A stretch of 62,120 nt of DNA from Anaerolineae bacterium. Lineage in GTDB: Bacteria; Chloroflexota; Anaerolineae; UBA1429. The stretch covers positions 1 to 62,120 of the forward strand of contig JAWLEV010000004.1 of NCBI GenBank assembly GCA_041685915.1. Reading direction: 5' to 3'. Below are positions 28,836 to 38,300 of the stretch, in pieces. Each line of letters opens with the position of its first letter. The stretch's first letter is position 1. A program made the position numbers and the translations under genes. The notes beneath the pieces are model-generated. The model was not told the DNA's origin. It saw only the letters and a program-made list of their open reading frames with translations, and made no database searches.

Positions 28836-29990
28836 TTAGATGTCTGATAATCTCTCTCCTGCTTCTCTAAGGCGTTCTTCCGTCACGCATAATGAGATAC
28901 GCATATAACCATCTCCATACTTGCCAAAGGCTGTTCCCGGCGTGATCCAGACGCCCGCCTCCTCCAACAAGGTGATGGCAAAGTCGTCACAATTTGTCCC
29001 CTCTGGGACCTTGGCCCACACATAAAGTCCGCCTTTGGGTGTTTCTGCACTCATGCCGATGCTGGGTAGCCAGTCGAGGATGATGTCGCGACGGCGCTGG
29101 TATACCATGTTGCGTTCTTCAATCCAGCTCTGGTCGCTGGTGAGGGCCACGGCCGCTGCGTCCTGGATGGGCCGAAAGATCCCGGAATCGATGTTGGTCT
29201 TGACCGTAGTCAGAGCGCCGATGGCCTCGGCGTTGCCCACGGCCATGCCCACGCGCCAGCCGGCCATATTGTAGGTTTTGGAAAGCGAGTTGAACTCTAC
29301 CGTCACCTCTTTGGCGCCGGGAACTTTCAGGATGCTGGGCGCTTTATAGCCGTCGAAGGTCAGGTCACAATAGGGATTGTCGTAGCAAAGGACGATGTCG
29401 TACTCGCCGGCAAAATCGACGGCCTCGCGCATAAAGTCCTCCGGGGCCACGGCTCCCGTAGGATTGTTGGGATAGTTGAGCCACAGGATTGTGCTCTGAT
29501 CGGCCACGTAAGGGGGTATCTCTTCGAAATCCACGAGATAGTCTTTTTCCTCCAGCAGAGGCATGGCATAATAGTCCCCATCGGCCAGTATGGCGCCCAT
29601 GCGGTAGGTGGGGTAACCAGGAACGGGGGCCAGAGCCAGGTCGCCCGGATCGACAAAGGCCAGGGCCATGTTGGCCAGCCCCTCTTTGGAGCCTATGAGG
29701 GGACGGATCTCCGTTTCGGGATCCACCTCAACGTCGAAACGTTGCTGATAGTAGGTTGCTATGGCCTGTCGCAGATCTGGTGTCCCGTAATAGCCCGCGT
29801 ACCCGTGAGTGTCGGCGCGCTTGGCAGAATGACACAGCGCCTCGACGATGAAATCGGGGGGCGCCAGATCGGGACTGCCGATGCCCAGGTTGATGACATC
29901 GACTCCCTTGGCCTCTTGGGCGGCGATCTTTTTTTCCACGGTGGCAAATACATAGGGTGGAAGATTGTTGATACGATCGGCGATTTTCAT
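28836..29990 (-). CDS. dapL: LL-diaminopimelate aminotransferase (class I/II)
   Basis: LPPYVF, LGIGSPD, GSKEG, NYPNNPTG, SLSKTYNMAGWR. Confidence 0.8.
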   Translation of the reverse strand: MKIADRINNLPPYVFATVEKKIAAQEAKGVDVINLGIGSPDLAPPDFIVEALCHSAKRADTHGYAGYYGTPDLRQAIATYYQQRFDVEVDPETEIRPLIGSKEGLANMALAFVDPGDLALAPVPGYPTYRMGAILADGDYYAMPLLEEKDYLVDFEEIPPYVADQSTILWLNYPNNPTGAVAPEDFMREAVDFAGEYDIVLCYDNPYCDLTFDGYKAPSILKVPGAKEVTVEFNSLSKTYNMAGWRVGMAVGNAEAIGALTTVKTNIDSGIFRPIQDAAAVALTSDQSWIEERNMVYQRRRDIILDWLPSIGMSAETPKGGLYVWAKVPEGTNCDDFAITLLEEAGVWITPGTAFGKYGDGYMRISLCVTEERLREAGERLSDI

Positions 29991-29999
29991 GCTGGTCTC

Positions 30000-30899
30000 C
30001 TATTCCTGTGCTCCATGAGCTTCAAAAGAACTCCTAAGGGGCTCTCCTTCGAGCAACGTCTCCATAATGTCTCCCACGCGCTGTAGACTATTTACGTTGA
30101 TCTTGTCTACTGTATCGTGGCCGGTGCGCCAATAAGGATAATCCAGATCTGTCACGATGGCCGCCGGTATACCTGCCTCCAGAAAGGATGTATGATCGCC
30201 GACGATGCGGTGCTGATGCTGGGGAATGAAATGTGCCTCATGTCCCAGGTCTGCCGCGATCCCCCACACTTTTTCTTGCAGCCATAGCGTCGATGACCAC
30301 TCATAGTAAATTCGCTGATCGTCGTCGCCTACCATATCTATGATGAGGGCGTACTCGAGTCTGGCATTCAAATTTCGGGCCATGTGGCGCGAGCCGACAC
30401 AGCAGGGCCACCCCTCGATATTTTCCCTGGCCTTGCCGTCGAAGAAGGCCAACCATATCTCAACCTGATCCGTGGCTGCAGTGTCCAGCACCCGTGCAAG
30501 CTCCAGCAGTACAGCTGTGCCACTTCCCCCGTCGTTGGCTCCCATCACGGCCTGAGAGCGATCTGATGGATCCCTATCGGCCAGGGGGCGGGTGTCAAAG
30601 TGCGTTCCCACAAGGATGACGGGCCCTTTTCCCCGCTTTCCCACAATGTTCTGTAGGGTTTCTCCTTCGTACACAAACCTTTGTACGTCGACTTCCCAAC
30701 CGTTCTGCTTCAGCGTCTCGGCGATATGGCGTGACGTCCGAAGATTGGCCTCGCTACTTACCGGACGGGCTCCAAAGGCGCACAGCCTTTCCACGTCTTT
30801 GAGGGCGCGCTTACCGTCAAAGCGCTCCTGCTCCGAATTACATTGTATACTCAGTATGACAAGTACCAGGGCCAGCGACAAGGAGGCCAGGCGTTTCAT
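30000..30899 (-). CDS. M28 family peptidase/glutaminyl cyclase homolog, secreted, degenerate active site
   Basis: HFDTR, GANDGGSG, DMVGD present; FFDGEE/ED replaced by FFDGKA; WHT replaced by WRT. Confidence 0.8.
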   Translation of the reverse strand: MKRLASLSLALVLVILSIQCNSEQERFDGKRALKDVERLCAFGARPVSSEANLRTSRHIAETLKQNGWEVDVQRFVYEGETLQNIVGKRGKGPVILVGTHFDTRPLADRDPSDRSQAVMGANDGGSGTAVLLELARVLDTAATDQVEIWLAFFDGKARENIEGWPCCVGSRHMARNLNARLEYALIIDMVGDDDQRIYYEWSSTLWLQEKVWGIAADLGHEAHFIPQHQHRIVGDHTSFLEAGIPAAIVTDLDYPYWRTGHDTVDKINVNSLQRVGDIMETLLEGEPLRSSFEAHGAQE

Positions 30900-30909
30900 C
30901 ACCGGGCCT

Positions 30910-32277
30910 CTAGCCCGTTTCTCCAAGGTCTTGGGTGACGACGATATCCTCCCCAACGTTTTTTCCGGCGATAAAGCACGTCAGCTCTCGCTGCGACCTC
31001 TTGGCGCGCGCTGCATAGCGCTCCCGCTTGTTGCGAATGCGTTCCGGCAAGGGGGCCAGCAGCCCCATGTTGGGCTTCATGGGTTGAAAGTTCTCCTCTT
31101 CTGTCCGCGCCACGTAATGTAGCAGGGCGCCCAACATCGTCGTGCGTGGGAACACGAGCTCCTCGTCCCCGCGCAGGGTGCGCGCCGCGTTGATGCCGGC
31201 GACCAGGCCACTGGCTGTGGAAGCCACGTATCCCTCCGTACCCGTTATCTGGCCGGCAAAGTAGAGATCCTCTCGTTCGCGCCAACGCATCGTGGGCTCC
31301 AGAAAGGCGGGGGCGTTGATATACGTGTTCCTGTGCATCTGGCCGAAACGCACCCAGTGGGCGTTCTCCAGCCCCGGAATGAGGGAGAAAACCCGTTTCT
31401 GCTCCGACCATTTCAGATTCGTCTGAAAGCCCACCAGATTGTACAGGGTTCCGGCCAGGTTGTCCTGGCGAAGCTGCACGACGGCATAGGGCCGCTCTCC
31501 CGTCTCTGGAATCTCCAGGCCAACCGGTCGCAGGGGGCCAAAGGCCAGCGCCTTGTGGCCGCGAGCGGCCAGTTCCTCAATGGGGAGACAGGCTTCAAAA
31601 AAGTGGGGATCCTCCTGCTCAAAGTCGCGCAGAGTGATGGTGTCCGCGTTGACCAGCGCCTCCACAAAGCGATCGTACTCCGCCTTTGTCATGGGGCAGT
31701 TGATATAATCCGCCTCTTCCGCATCGTAACGGGAAGCGCGAAAGGTCTTGTTCTCGTCGATGGATTCGCGGGTTACGATGGGAGCCATGGCATCGTAAAA
31801 GTAGAGATGCTCCTGCCCGGTCAGCGTGCCAATATCTTGCGCCAACGCGTCCGAGGTGAGAGGACCGGTGGCCACGATGGTGGTCGTCTCTTCCGGGATA
31901 CGACGTATCTCCTGACGGATCAATTCGATGTTTGGGTGTCCCTCGATGGCCTCGGTGACCATCCGGGCAAAGGCTTTACGCCCCACGGCCAGAGCGCCGC
32001 CGGCAGGAACGGCACACGCCTCGGCGCAGCGCAGGATGAGGGAGTTGAGCTGTCGCAACTCTCGTTTGAGCAATCCCAGCGCCCGATCTGGACGCTCGGA
32101 CCCCAACGAGTTACTGCATACCAACTCGGCCAGCCATTCCGTTTCATGCGCAGGGGTGCTCAGGCAGGGACGCATCTCGAACAGGTGGACCTTGATTCCG
32201 CGAGAGGCCGCCTGCCACGCCCCTTCACTTCCAGCCAGTCCCCCACCGATGATGACCAATGAAGATTCGTCTATCAT
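30910..32277 (-). CDS. trmFO: Folate/FAD-dependent tRNA m5U54 methyltransferase
   Basis: [47 protein letters not shown]. Confidence 0.95.
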   Translation of the reverse strand: MIDESSLVIIGGGLAGSEGAWQAASRGIKVHLFEMRPCLSTPAHETEWLAELVCSNSLGSERPDRALGLLKRELRQLNSLILRCAEACAVPAGGALAVGRKAFARMVTEAIEGHPNIELIRQEIRRIPEETTTIVATGPLTSDALAQDIGTLTGQEHLYFYDAMAPIVTRESIDENKTFRASRYDAEEADYINCPMTKAEYDRFVEALVNADTITLRDFEQEDPHFFEACLPIEELAARGHKALAFGPLRPVGLEIPETGERPYAVVQLRQDNLAGTLYNLVGFQTNLKWSEQKRVFSLIPGLENAHWVRFGQMHRNTYINAPAFLEPTMRWREREDLYFAGQITGTEGYVASTASGLVAGINAARTLRGDEELVFPRTTMLGALLHYVARTEEENFQPMKPNMGLLAPLPERIRNKRERYAARAKRSQRELTCFIAGKNVGEDIVVTQDLGETG

Positions 32278-32328
32278 GTGCCGCCGATAAAGCTCCAAAT
32301 GCCCCACAAAGATGATAACACAGGTATT

Positions 32329-32354
32329 CCCTGTGGGCAATTATGCCCACAGGG
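32329..32354. terminator. Hairpin between fusA paralog and trmFO
   Basis: CCCTGTGGGCA-ATTA-TGCCCACAGGG; weak U-tract. Confidence 0.55.
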
Positions 32355-32380
32355 TGATGTTACGGTACCTTTGGGAGCCT

Positions 32381-34447
32381 TTATGCCACCTGGGTGACCA
32401 ACTCCTCGCGGGTGTCCTCGCTCACCTGCTGATAGTGGGAGAATTGCATGGTAAAGGTTCCACGTCCCTGGGTAACAGACCGCAGCGCGGTGGCATAACC
32501 GAACATCTGTGCCAGGGGCACGTGGGCCTTGACACTCTGCATGCCCATGGAACGGGGTTCGATACCCTGCACGTCCGCCGCCCGCCTGCTGAGGTCGCTG
32601 ATCACGTCGCCGGTATACTGTTGAGGGGCGATGACCTCCACCTCCATGACCGGTTCCAAGAGGATGGGGTTCGCCTTTTTCAGCCCATCCCGTAGGGCCA
32701 TGGCTCCGGCCGTCTCGAACGCCTGTTCCGAGGAGTCGACCTCGTGATACTTGCCATCTATCAGCGTCGCTTTGATATCCACGACGGGTTGCTTGGCCAG
32801 AGGCCCCTCTTCCATCGCCGAGATGATACCCTTTTCCACGGCGGGGATAAAGTCCTTGGGGACAGCGCCCCCCCTTATCTCTTCCTCGAAAACGAACCCG
32901 CTGCCCGCTTTCAGGGGCTCGAGATCCACAACTACCACGGCGTACTGACCATGACCGCCGGACTGTTTGACGAGCCGACCCTCAACGCGAACGGGGCGGG
33001 TAATGGTCTCCGTGTAGGCCACCTTCGGAGCCCCCGTCTCCACGTTCACGTTGAATTCCCTTTTCAGGCGTTCCACGGTCACTTCAAGGTGAAGCTCGCC
33101 CATGCCTGCCAGGATCGTCTCTCCCGTATCCTCATCGTAATGTACATAGAGGGTGGGATCCTCGTCGCAGAGGCTGCGTAGGGCCTTGCCCAATTTTTCC
33201 TGGTCGGCGCTGGTCTTGGGATGCACGGCCAGCTTGATGACCGGCGTGGGGAAGGTGATCTGCTCAAGCAACACGGGTTGATCCTCGTCGCAGAGGGTGT
33301 GTCCCGTTCTGGCCGATTTGAACCCCAGAATTGCGCCGATGTCTCCGGCCTTTAATTCTTCTACCGCTTCACGTTTATCGGCATGCATGCGAACCAGGCG
33401 ACCGATACGCTCGGTGGTGCGTTCCGTGGCGTTCAACACTGTCATGCCTTGACGGATGACCCCAGAGTAGACGCGGATAAACGAGAGTTTGCCCACATAG
33501 GGGTCGGTGCTGATCTTGAAGATGAGGGCAGCAAGGGATTCCTCGTCGGTGGGATCGCACACGAACGGCTCATCATCCTCGGTATAGCCCACCATGGGCT
33601 CCACATCGAGGGGCGAGGGAAGATAGCGCACGATACCGTTCAGCAAGGGTTGTACGCCAATGTTATGCAATCCCGACCCACACAACACGGGTACAGCCCG
33701 GTTATCGCACGTAACTCTGCGCAGAGCCTCGATGATGGTCTCGTCCTCCAACTCTCCTTCCTCGAGATAAGCCCAGGCAAAATCGTCATCCACGTCGGCG
33801 ATGGCCTCAAGCATCTCATCTCGCTTCTCTTCTGCCACCGCCTGTATGTCTTCCGGGATATCCTGAACCATTGGCTCTAGGCTCTCGTCCTCGAATAGGA
33901 GCACCTTCATGGTGATGAGGTCTATGACCCCGCAAAAATCATCCTCTTGTCCTACGGGGACTTGCATCACCACGGGATGCGCCTTGAGTCGTTCGCGAAT
34001 CATCTTCACGGTGCGATCCAGATTGGCGCCGGGCCGATCCATCTTGTTCACAAAGGCGATGCGCGGCACCTCGTAGCTGTTCGCCTGACGCCATACCGTC
34101 TCCGATTGGGGCTCCACGCCGGCCACGCCATCAAAGACGACTACACCACCGTCTAGCACGCGCAGTGCGCGCTGTACCTCGGCGGTAAAGTCGATATGCC
34201 CCGGGGTGTCGATAAGGTTGATCTGGTGATCCTGCCACGTGCAGGTGATGGCCGCCGATTGGATGGTGATGCCCCGATCGCGTTCCTGAGGCATAAAATC
34301 GGTGACGGTATCACCATCATCGACTTTTCCTACACGGTGTGTCAATCCTGTGTAGTGCAGGATCCGCTCCGTGATGGTTGTTTTCCCCGCATCTATATGT
34401 GCTATAATGCCAATGTTCCTCAGCCGTTGTAGTCGTTCGTTACTCAT
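32381..34447 (-). CDS. fusA: Elongation factor G (stand-alone paralog outside the str operon)
   Basis: AHIDAGKTT, RGITI, DTPGH, NKMD, GMGELH, KQSGGHGQY, HEVDSS, LEPVM. Confidence 0.95.
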   Translation of the reverse strand: MSNERLQRLRNIGIIAHIDAGKTTITERILHYTGLTHRVGKVDDGDTVTDFMPQERDRGITIQSAAITCTWQDHQINLIDTPGHIDFTAEVQRALRVLDGGVVVFDGVAGVEPQSETVWRQANSYEVPRIAFVNKMDRPGANLDRTVKMIRERLKAHPVVMQVPVGQEDDFCGVIDLITMKVLLFEDESLEPMVQDIPEDIQAVAEEKRDEMLEAIADVDDDFAWAYLEEGELEDETIIEALRRVTCDNRAVPVLCGSGLHNIGVQPLLNGIVRYLPSPLDVEPMVGYTEDDEPFVCDPTDEESLAALIFKISTDPYVGKLSFIRVYSGVIRQGMTVLNATERTTERIGRLVRMHADKREAVEELKAGDIGAILGFKSARTGHTLCDEDQPVLLEQITFPTPVIKLAVHPKTSADQEKLGKALRSLCDEDPTLYVHYDEDTGETILAGMGELHLEVTVERLKREFNVNVETGAPKVAYTETITRPVRVEGRLVKQSGGHGQYAVVVVDLEPLKAGSGFVFEEEIRGGAVPKDFIPAVEKGIISAMEEGPLAKQPVVDIKATLIDGKYHEVDSSEQAFETAGAMALRDGLKKANPILLEPVMEVEVIAPQQYTGDVISDLSRRAADVQGIEPRSMGMQSVKAHVPLAQMFGYATALRSVTQGRGTFTMQFSHYQQVSEDTREELVTQVA

Positions 34448-34637
34448 CTTATATCTGTATACTCCATCAAGGTGATACGTTTACCATGCGGGGCCGCAGC
34501 CCCGCAAAAAGAACCTTCAAGTGACCGAGAGACAACAAAAGACGGTTCTGTCCAGGCATCCTGTCGTTGATGCGGACAAGCATGTCAAGACGAGACCGTC
34601 TGCTTGTGTGACTCTAGGTTCCGAAATAACCAACATG

Positions 34638-34666
34638 AGAATAGCATATATTGCGCTTTTTGTCAA
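34638..34666 (-). promoter_or_regulatory. Sigma70 promoter of fusA paralog
   Basis: Minus strand TTGACA-N17-TATTCT with TG extension. Confidence 0.75.
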
Positions 34667-34725
34667 AAAGGAATGGTCTTTTTGTGATTTCTCCTGTGCG
34701 GGGATGCCGCTGCCAACGTCGATCA

Positions 34726-34768
34726 TGTGACTCCCGTCACATCGTGGCTGTTTGTTTCCTGGTATAGT
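34726..34768 (+). promoter_or_regulatory. Crp/Fnr-family box plus extended -10 for flavodiiron gene
   Basis: TGTGA-CTCCCG-TCACA (34726-34741) and TGGTATAGT (34760-34768). Confidence 0.7.
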
Positions 34769-34797
34769 ATGGTTAGGAACTGACAGAAAGGAGGCCG

Positions 34798-35979
34798 ATG
34801 ATGCAAGTGCGAAGGATTCGCGATCGTGTGAGTTGGTTGGGGGCTGTGGATTGGGATCGTCGTCTCTTCGATGCCCTCATCCCACTGCCCGATGGTACCA
34901 GCTATAATGCCTACCTCGTCCGTGGCAGTGAAAAAGTGGCGTTACTCGATACTGTCGACCCCTCCATGGCGCAGGTGCTGCTATCCCAACTCGAGGAGGT
35001 GGAAAGAGTTGATTATCTCGTCTCACACCATGCTGAACAGGATCATTCGGGAACCATCCCCGAGATTCTCGAGATGTATCCCAATGCCAGGGTCGTGGCC
35101 TCTCCCAAGGGCAAGGAACTCCTCGGCCACCATCTGAAAATTGGCGAGGATAGCTTTCTCAGCGTGGAGGATGGAGAGGAAATCTCCCTTGGCGACAGGA
35201 CGTTGCGTTTCATTCATACACCGTGGGTGCACTGGCCCGAGACGATGGTGACCTATGTGCCAGAGGAACGCATGCTCTTTTCGTGTGATTTTTTTGGTTC
35301 CCACCTGGCCACCTCTGACCTCTATGTCGAGGATGAGGGGCGGGGTTACGAGGCTGCCAAGCGCTACTATGCAGAGATCATGATGCCTTTTCGCCGCGTC
35401 ATCAGAAGGAACCTGGAAAAGATGGAAGACTGTACCATCGATGTCATCGCACCCAGCCATGGTCCCCTTTATGATCGACCGTCGTTTATCATCGATGCCT
35501 ATGAGGATTGGGTATCGGACGAGCCCAAAAATAGAGTCGTCCTGCCCTATATCTCTATGCACGGCAGCACGCGCCAGATGGTGGAATATCTGGTCAGCGC
35601 CCTGGTAGAAAAAGGGATTACCGTCCATAAATTTGACCTTTCCGTGACCGATATTGGCAAGTTGGCCATTACTCTGGTGGACGCTGCAACCATTATCATC
35701 GGGACGCCTACCTTTCATCGTGGTCCCCATCCCGACGTCCTGTACGCCGCCTATCTGGCCAACGCGCTCCGCCCCAAGGCTGCGTTCGCTTCCGTCATCG
35801 GTTCCTATGGCTGGCGGAGCCAGGCAGTGGAGCAGATCGCTCATCAGATCGGCGATCTGAAGATGGAGATTCTCGAGCCCGTCCTCTGCGAGGGATTGCC
35901 GGACGAGGATACCTGTGCGGCCCTGGATACTTTGGCCCTGACCATCGCCGAGAAGCATCGGGAACGGGGCCTGGCTTGA
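34798..35979 (+). CDS. fprA: Flavodiiron protein (FprA/A-type flavoprotein)
   Basis: GTSYNAY, HAEQDH, HWPE, SCDFFGSH, PSHG, SMHGST, GSYGW. Confidence 0.93.
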   Translation: MMQVRRIRDRVSWLGAVDWDRRLFDALIPLPDGTSYNAYLVRGSEKVALLDTVDPSMAQVLLSQLEEVERVDYLVSHHAEQDHSGTIPEILEMYPNARVVASPKGKELLGHHLKIGEDSFLSVEDGEEISLGDRTLRFIHTPWVHWPETMVTYVPEERMLFSCDFFGSHLATSDLYVEDEGRGYEAAKRYYAEIMMPFRRVIRRNLEKMEDCTIDVIAPSHGPLYDRPSFIIDAYEDWVSDEPKNRVVLPYISMHGSTRQMVEYLVSALVEKGITVHKFDLSVTDIGKLAITLVDAATIIIGTPTFHRGPHPDVLYAAYLANALRPKAAFASVIGSYGWRSQAVEQIAHQIGDLKMEILEPVLCEGLPDEDTCAALDTLALTIAEKHRERGLA

Positions 35980-36287
35980 TCTTTTGGGTACATTGCGCGC
36001 TCCTCGGACGGTCGTATTGGATTTGGCGGCACCGAGAGATGTGATACCATATAGATACAAGACGCTGTGGGACCTATTACGTTACAGCCTTCACCCTTTA
36101 TCCCATGGCGTCTTTTCTTTTGGCTCAGTTCACTGGCAGGCCGTCCGCCCTGATGATCGTCCCCATCCCGTTTGTATGCAGTTCCGAGAGGACGTAAGAT
36201 AGGACAAACCCACGGTGGGCTGCATCCCGGGATGCGGATCCCGCCTTCGATTCGCTGGGGATATAGTATCGAAAGGAGAGAGCGTTC

Positions 36288-37340
36288 ATGGATACACGAG
36301 TCGTTTATCTCGATGTGGGGGAGATCATCATGGATACGGTAACCCTCCCTGAGATCGGTCCCAACGACGTCCTGGTAAAGGTGCATCAGGCGTCGGTGTG
36401 TGGCTCGGAGAGATACTTTTACCGAGGCATCTCGGTGAGACCGGAGGACGAGGCTCGAGGACGTCCGGATGAACGGGTGGAGGGGGAGGAGCCCGAACAT
36501 ACCTATCCCATGGGCCCTATGGGTCACGAGGGAGGTGGTACCATCGTGAAAGTCGGTTCGGCTGTGGGAGAGTATCTGGGAGGAGGGGGGGTGTCTGTCG
36601 GCGATCGTGTGGGGAGCCTCATCTTTCCTACCTATACCGACTATTGGGTCACGGATATCAGCAATGTGCAGCCCATTCCCAAAGGAGTCTCTTTCGAGGT
36701 GGGATGTCTCTACGAAGCCCTGGCCTGTGCGGCATGGGCGGCGCGTCGCATAGATATCAAGCTTGGAGATACGGTGGCCGTTAATGGGGCGGGCTTTGCG
36801 GGCAACATCCTGCTGCAGGGGGCGATCAAGGCCGGTGCCTCCCTGGTCGTCGCCGTGGATGTGGTCGATGAGAAGCTGCAGGTGGCCAAAGAGTTGGGTG
36901 CCGATGTTGTCATCAACGCTCAACAGGAGGATCCGGTAGCACGGGTGAACGAGTTGACCGACGACGAGGGCGTGGACGTGGCCGTGGATGCTGTGGGCGG
37001 CACGGGTATCGGTATCGTGCAGGCTCTGGGCATGGTGGCCCACAACGGTGTCCTCGCCCTATACGGGGATAATTATGCGCCCATCGAAGAGTTCTGTTTC
37101 CATCGCTTTCATGAAGATGGGCTAAAGGTGCAGAATCTCAATGCCATGCACTATACCAAACTTCAGGCGGTGGAGAATGCGCGAGAGGCGTATCGCGCCG
37201 TGCAGCGGGGCGCATTTGATGTGGACATCATTTTGGAAAACTCGGACCGTTATGCCCTTGATGAGATCGCCGAGGTCTTTGCTCGAGAAGCCGAGTCTCT
37301 GGGATCCCAGCAGTCATTGAAGACCTTGATTGTGCCTTGA
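36288..37340 (+). CDS. Zn-dependent medium-chain dehydrogenase (no structural Zn loop)
   Basis: VCGS, GHEGGG, VGDRV, GAGFAG. Confidence 0.85.
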   Translation: MDTRVVYLDVGEIIMDTVTLPEIGPNDVLVKVHQASVCGSERYFYRGISVRPEDEARGRPDERVEGEEPEHTYPMGPMGHEGGGTIVKVGSAVGEYLGGGGVSVGDRVGSLIFPTYTDYWVTDISNVQPIPKGVSFEVGCLYEALACAAWAARRIDIKLGDTVAVNGAGFAGNILLQGAIKAGASLVVAVDVVDEKLQVAKELGADVVINAQQEDPVARVNELTDDEGVDVAVDAVGGTGIGIVQALGMVAHNGVLALYGDNYAPIEEFCFHRFHEDGLKVQNLNAMHYTKLQAVENAREAYRAVQRGAFDVDIILENSDRYALDEIAEVFAREAESLGSQQSLKTLIVP

Positions 37341-37370
37341 TCTTCTCTGTTTGAGTCGCAGGAGGGACGA

Positions 37371-37406
37371 AAAAGAAAAACGGGCTGACGTCATCCGTCA
37401 GCCCGT
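37371..37406 (-). terminator. Terminator downstream of tRNA-Gln (possibly bidirectional)
   Basis: ACGGGCTGACG-N5-CGTCAGCCCGT with a U-tract on the minus strand. Confidence 0.8.
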
Positions 37407-37411
37407 CGTCA

Positions 37412-37482
37412 CTGAGGGACAGGGATTCGAACCCCGATTTACTGATCCAGAGTCAGTCGTCCTACCATTAGACGATCCCTCA
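37412..37482 (-). tRNA. tRNA-Gln (CTG)
   Basis: TGAGGGA/TCCCTCA acceptor stem, ACTGA-CTCTGGA-TCAGT anticodon arm, GGTTCGAATCC. Confidence 0.95.
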
Positions 37483-37742
37483 CCGTGGTTCACAATTTTA
37501 GCATATTTCGCCCCCTTTCGCAAATGTGGTTGTGTGCCTTTGGGATGTCTTGTGGAGAATATGTACCGTAGGAGCAGGGCACAGCCTGCTATTGGCTCCC
37601 TTTTTTCAGGATCGCTGGTTTTGACAGGTACGAACTGAGAGATAGACTGTTATCTGCTTTGAGATATCGTCCGTGATGGTCAGGCGATCGAAACGCCGCA
37701 TGGCCATGGGTGTTATAGTCAGGGAAAGGTAGTAGCGTTCGC

Positions 37743-38300
37743 ATGGAAGAATGGGATGAGAAAGCGTGTATCGAGGCCGCAAAGGAGGATCCACGCGCCT
37801 TTGACAAGATATACGAGCATTATGTGGATCGCATCTATGCCTATCTCTATCGCCGTGTCGGCAACGTGCGTGACGCTGAGGATCTCACATCCAGGACGTT
37901 TTACCGCGCCCTGTCACACTTGTCCGATTATGAAGACAGAGGATTTCCCTTTTCCGCCTGGCTGTATCGGATCGCACATAACCTTATGGCAAACTGGCAT
38001 CGGGACAATAGCCGAAAGACCGTCGTGTCCCTCGATGCCACGATATTGCGCAATGTGGTAGAGCCGCAGCCAGAGAGCGCGGCAGAGTTGGAATACGACG
38101 TGCGGCTCTTACGTGACGTCATTGGCACTCTCGATTCCTCTCGTCAAGAACTGCTCGTGCTCAAGTTTACCGAAGGACTGACGAACAGGGAGATTGGTAC
38201 GATCATGGGGAGGAGCGAAGGGGCTATCAAGTCGCTCTATCATCGCACACTTGTGGAACTGCGCGAAAAGATAGCAGAGAAAGGTCTGGGAGTCGAGTGA
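37743..38300 (+). CDS. ECF sigma factor
   Basis: DAEDLTSRTF, FSAWLYRIAHN, NREIG, SEGAIKSL. Confidence 0.92.
   Translation: MEEWDEKACIEAAKEDPRAFDKIYEHYVDRIYAYLYRRVGNVRDAEDLTSRTFYRALSHLSDYEDRGFPFSAWLYRIAHNLMANWHRDNSRKTVVSLDATILRNVVEPQPESAAELEYDVRLLRDVIGTLDSSRQELLVLKFTEGLTNREIGTIMGRSEGAIKSLYHRTLVELREKIAEKGLGVE

Noticed and set aside
34517-34636. 39-codon uORF in the fusA leader
   Set aside because: Its ATG is almost adjacent to the -10 box, so it is probably not transcribed; no RBS.
36150-36197. Hammerhead-like CTGATGA..GTCC...GGAC-GTAA in the fprA-dehydrogenase gap
   Set aside because: Core needs GAAA (here GTAA), there is a 2-nt insertion after CUGAUGA, and no convincing stems I/III.
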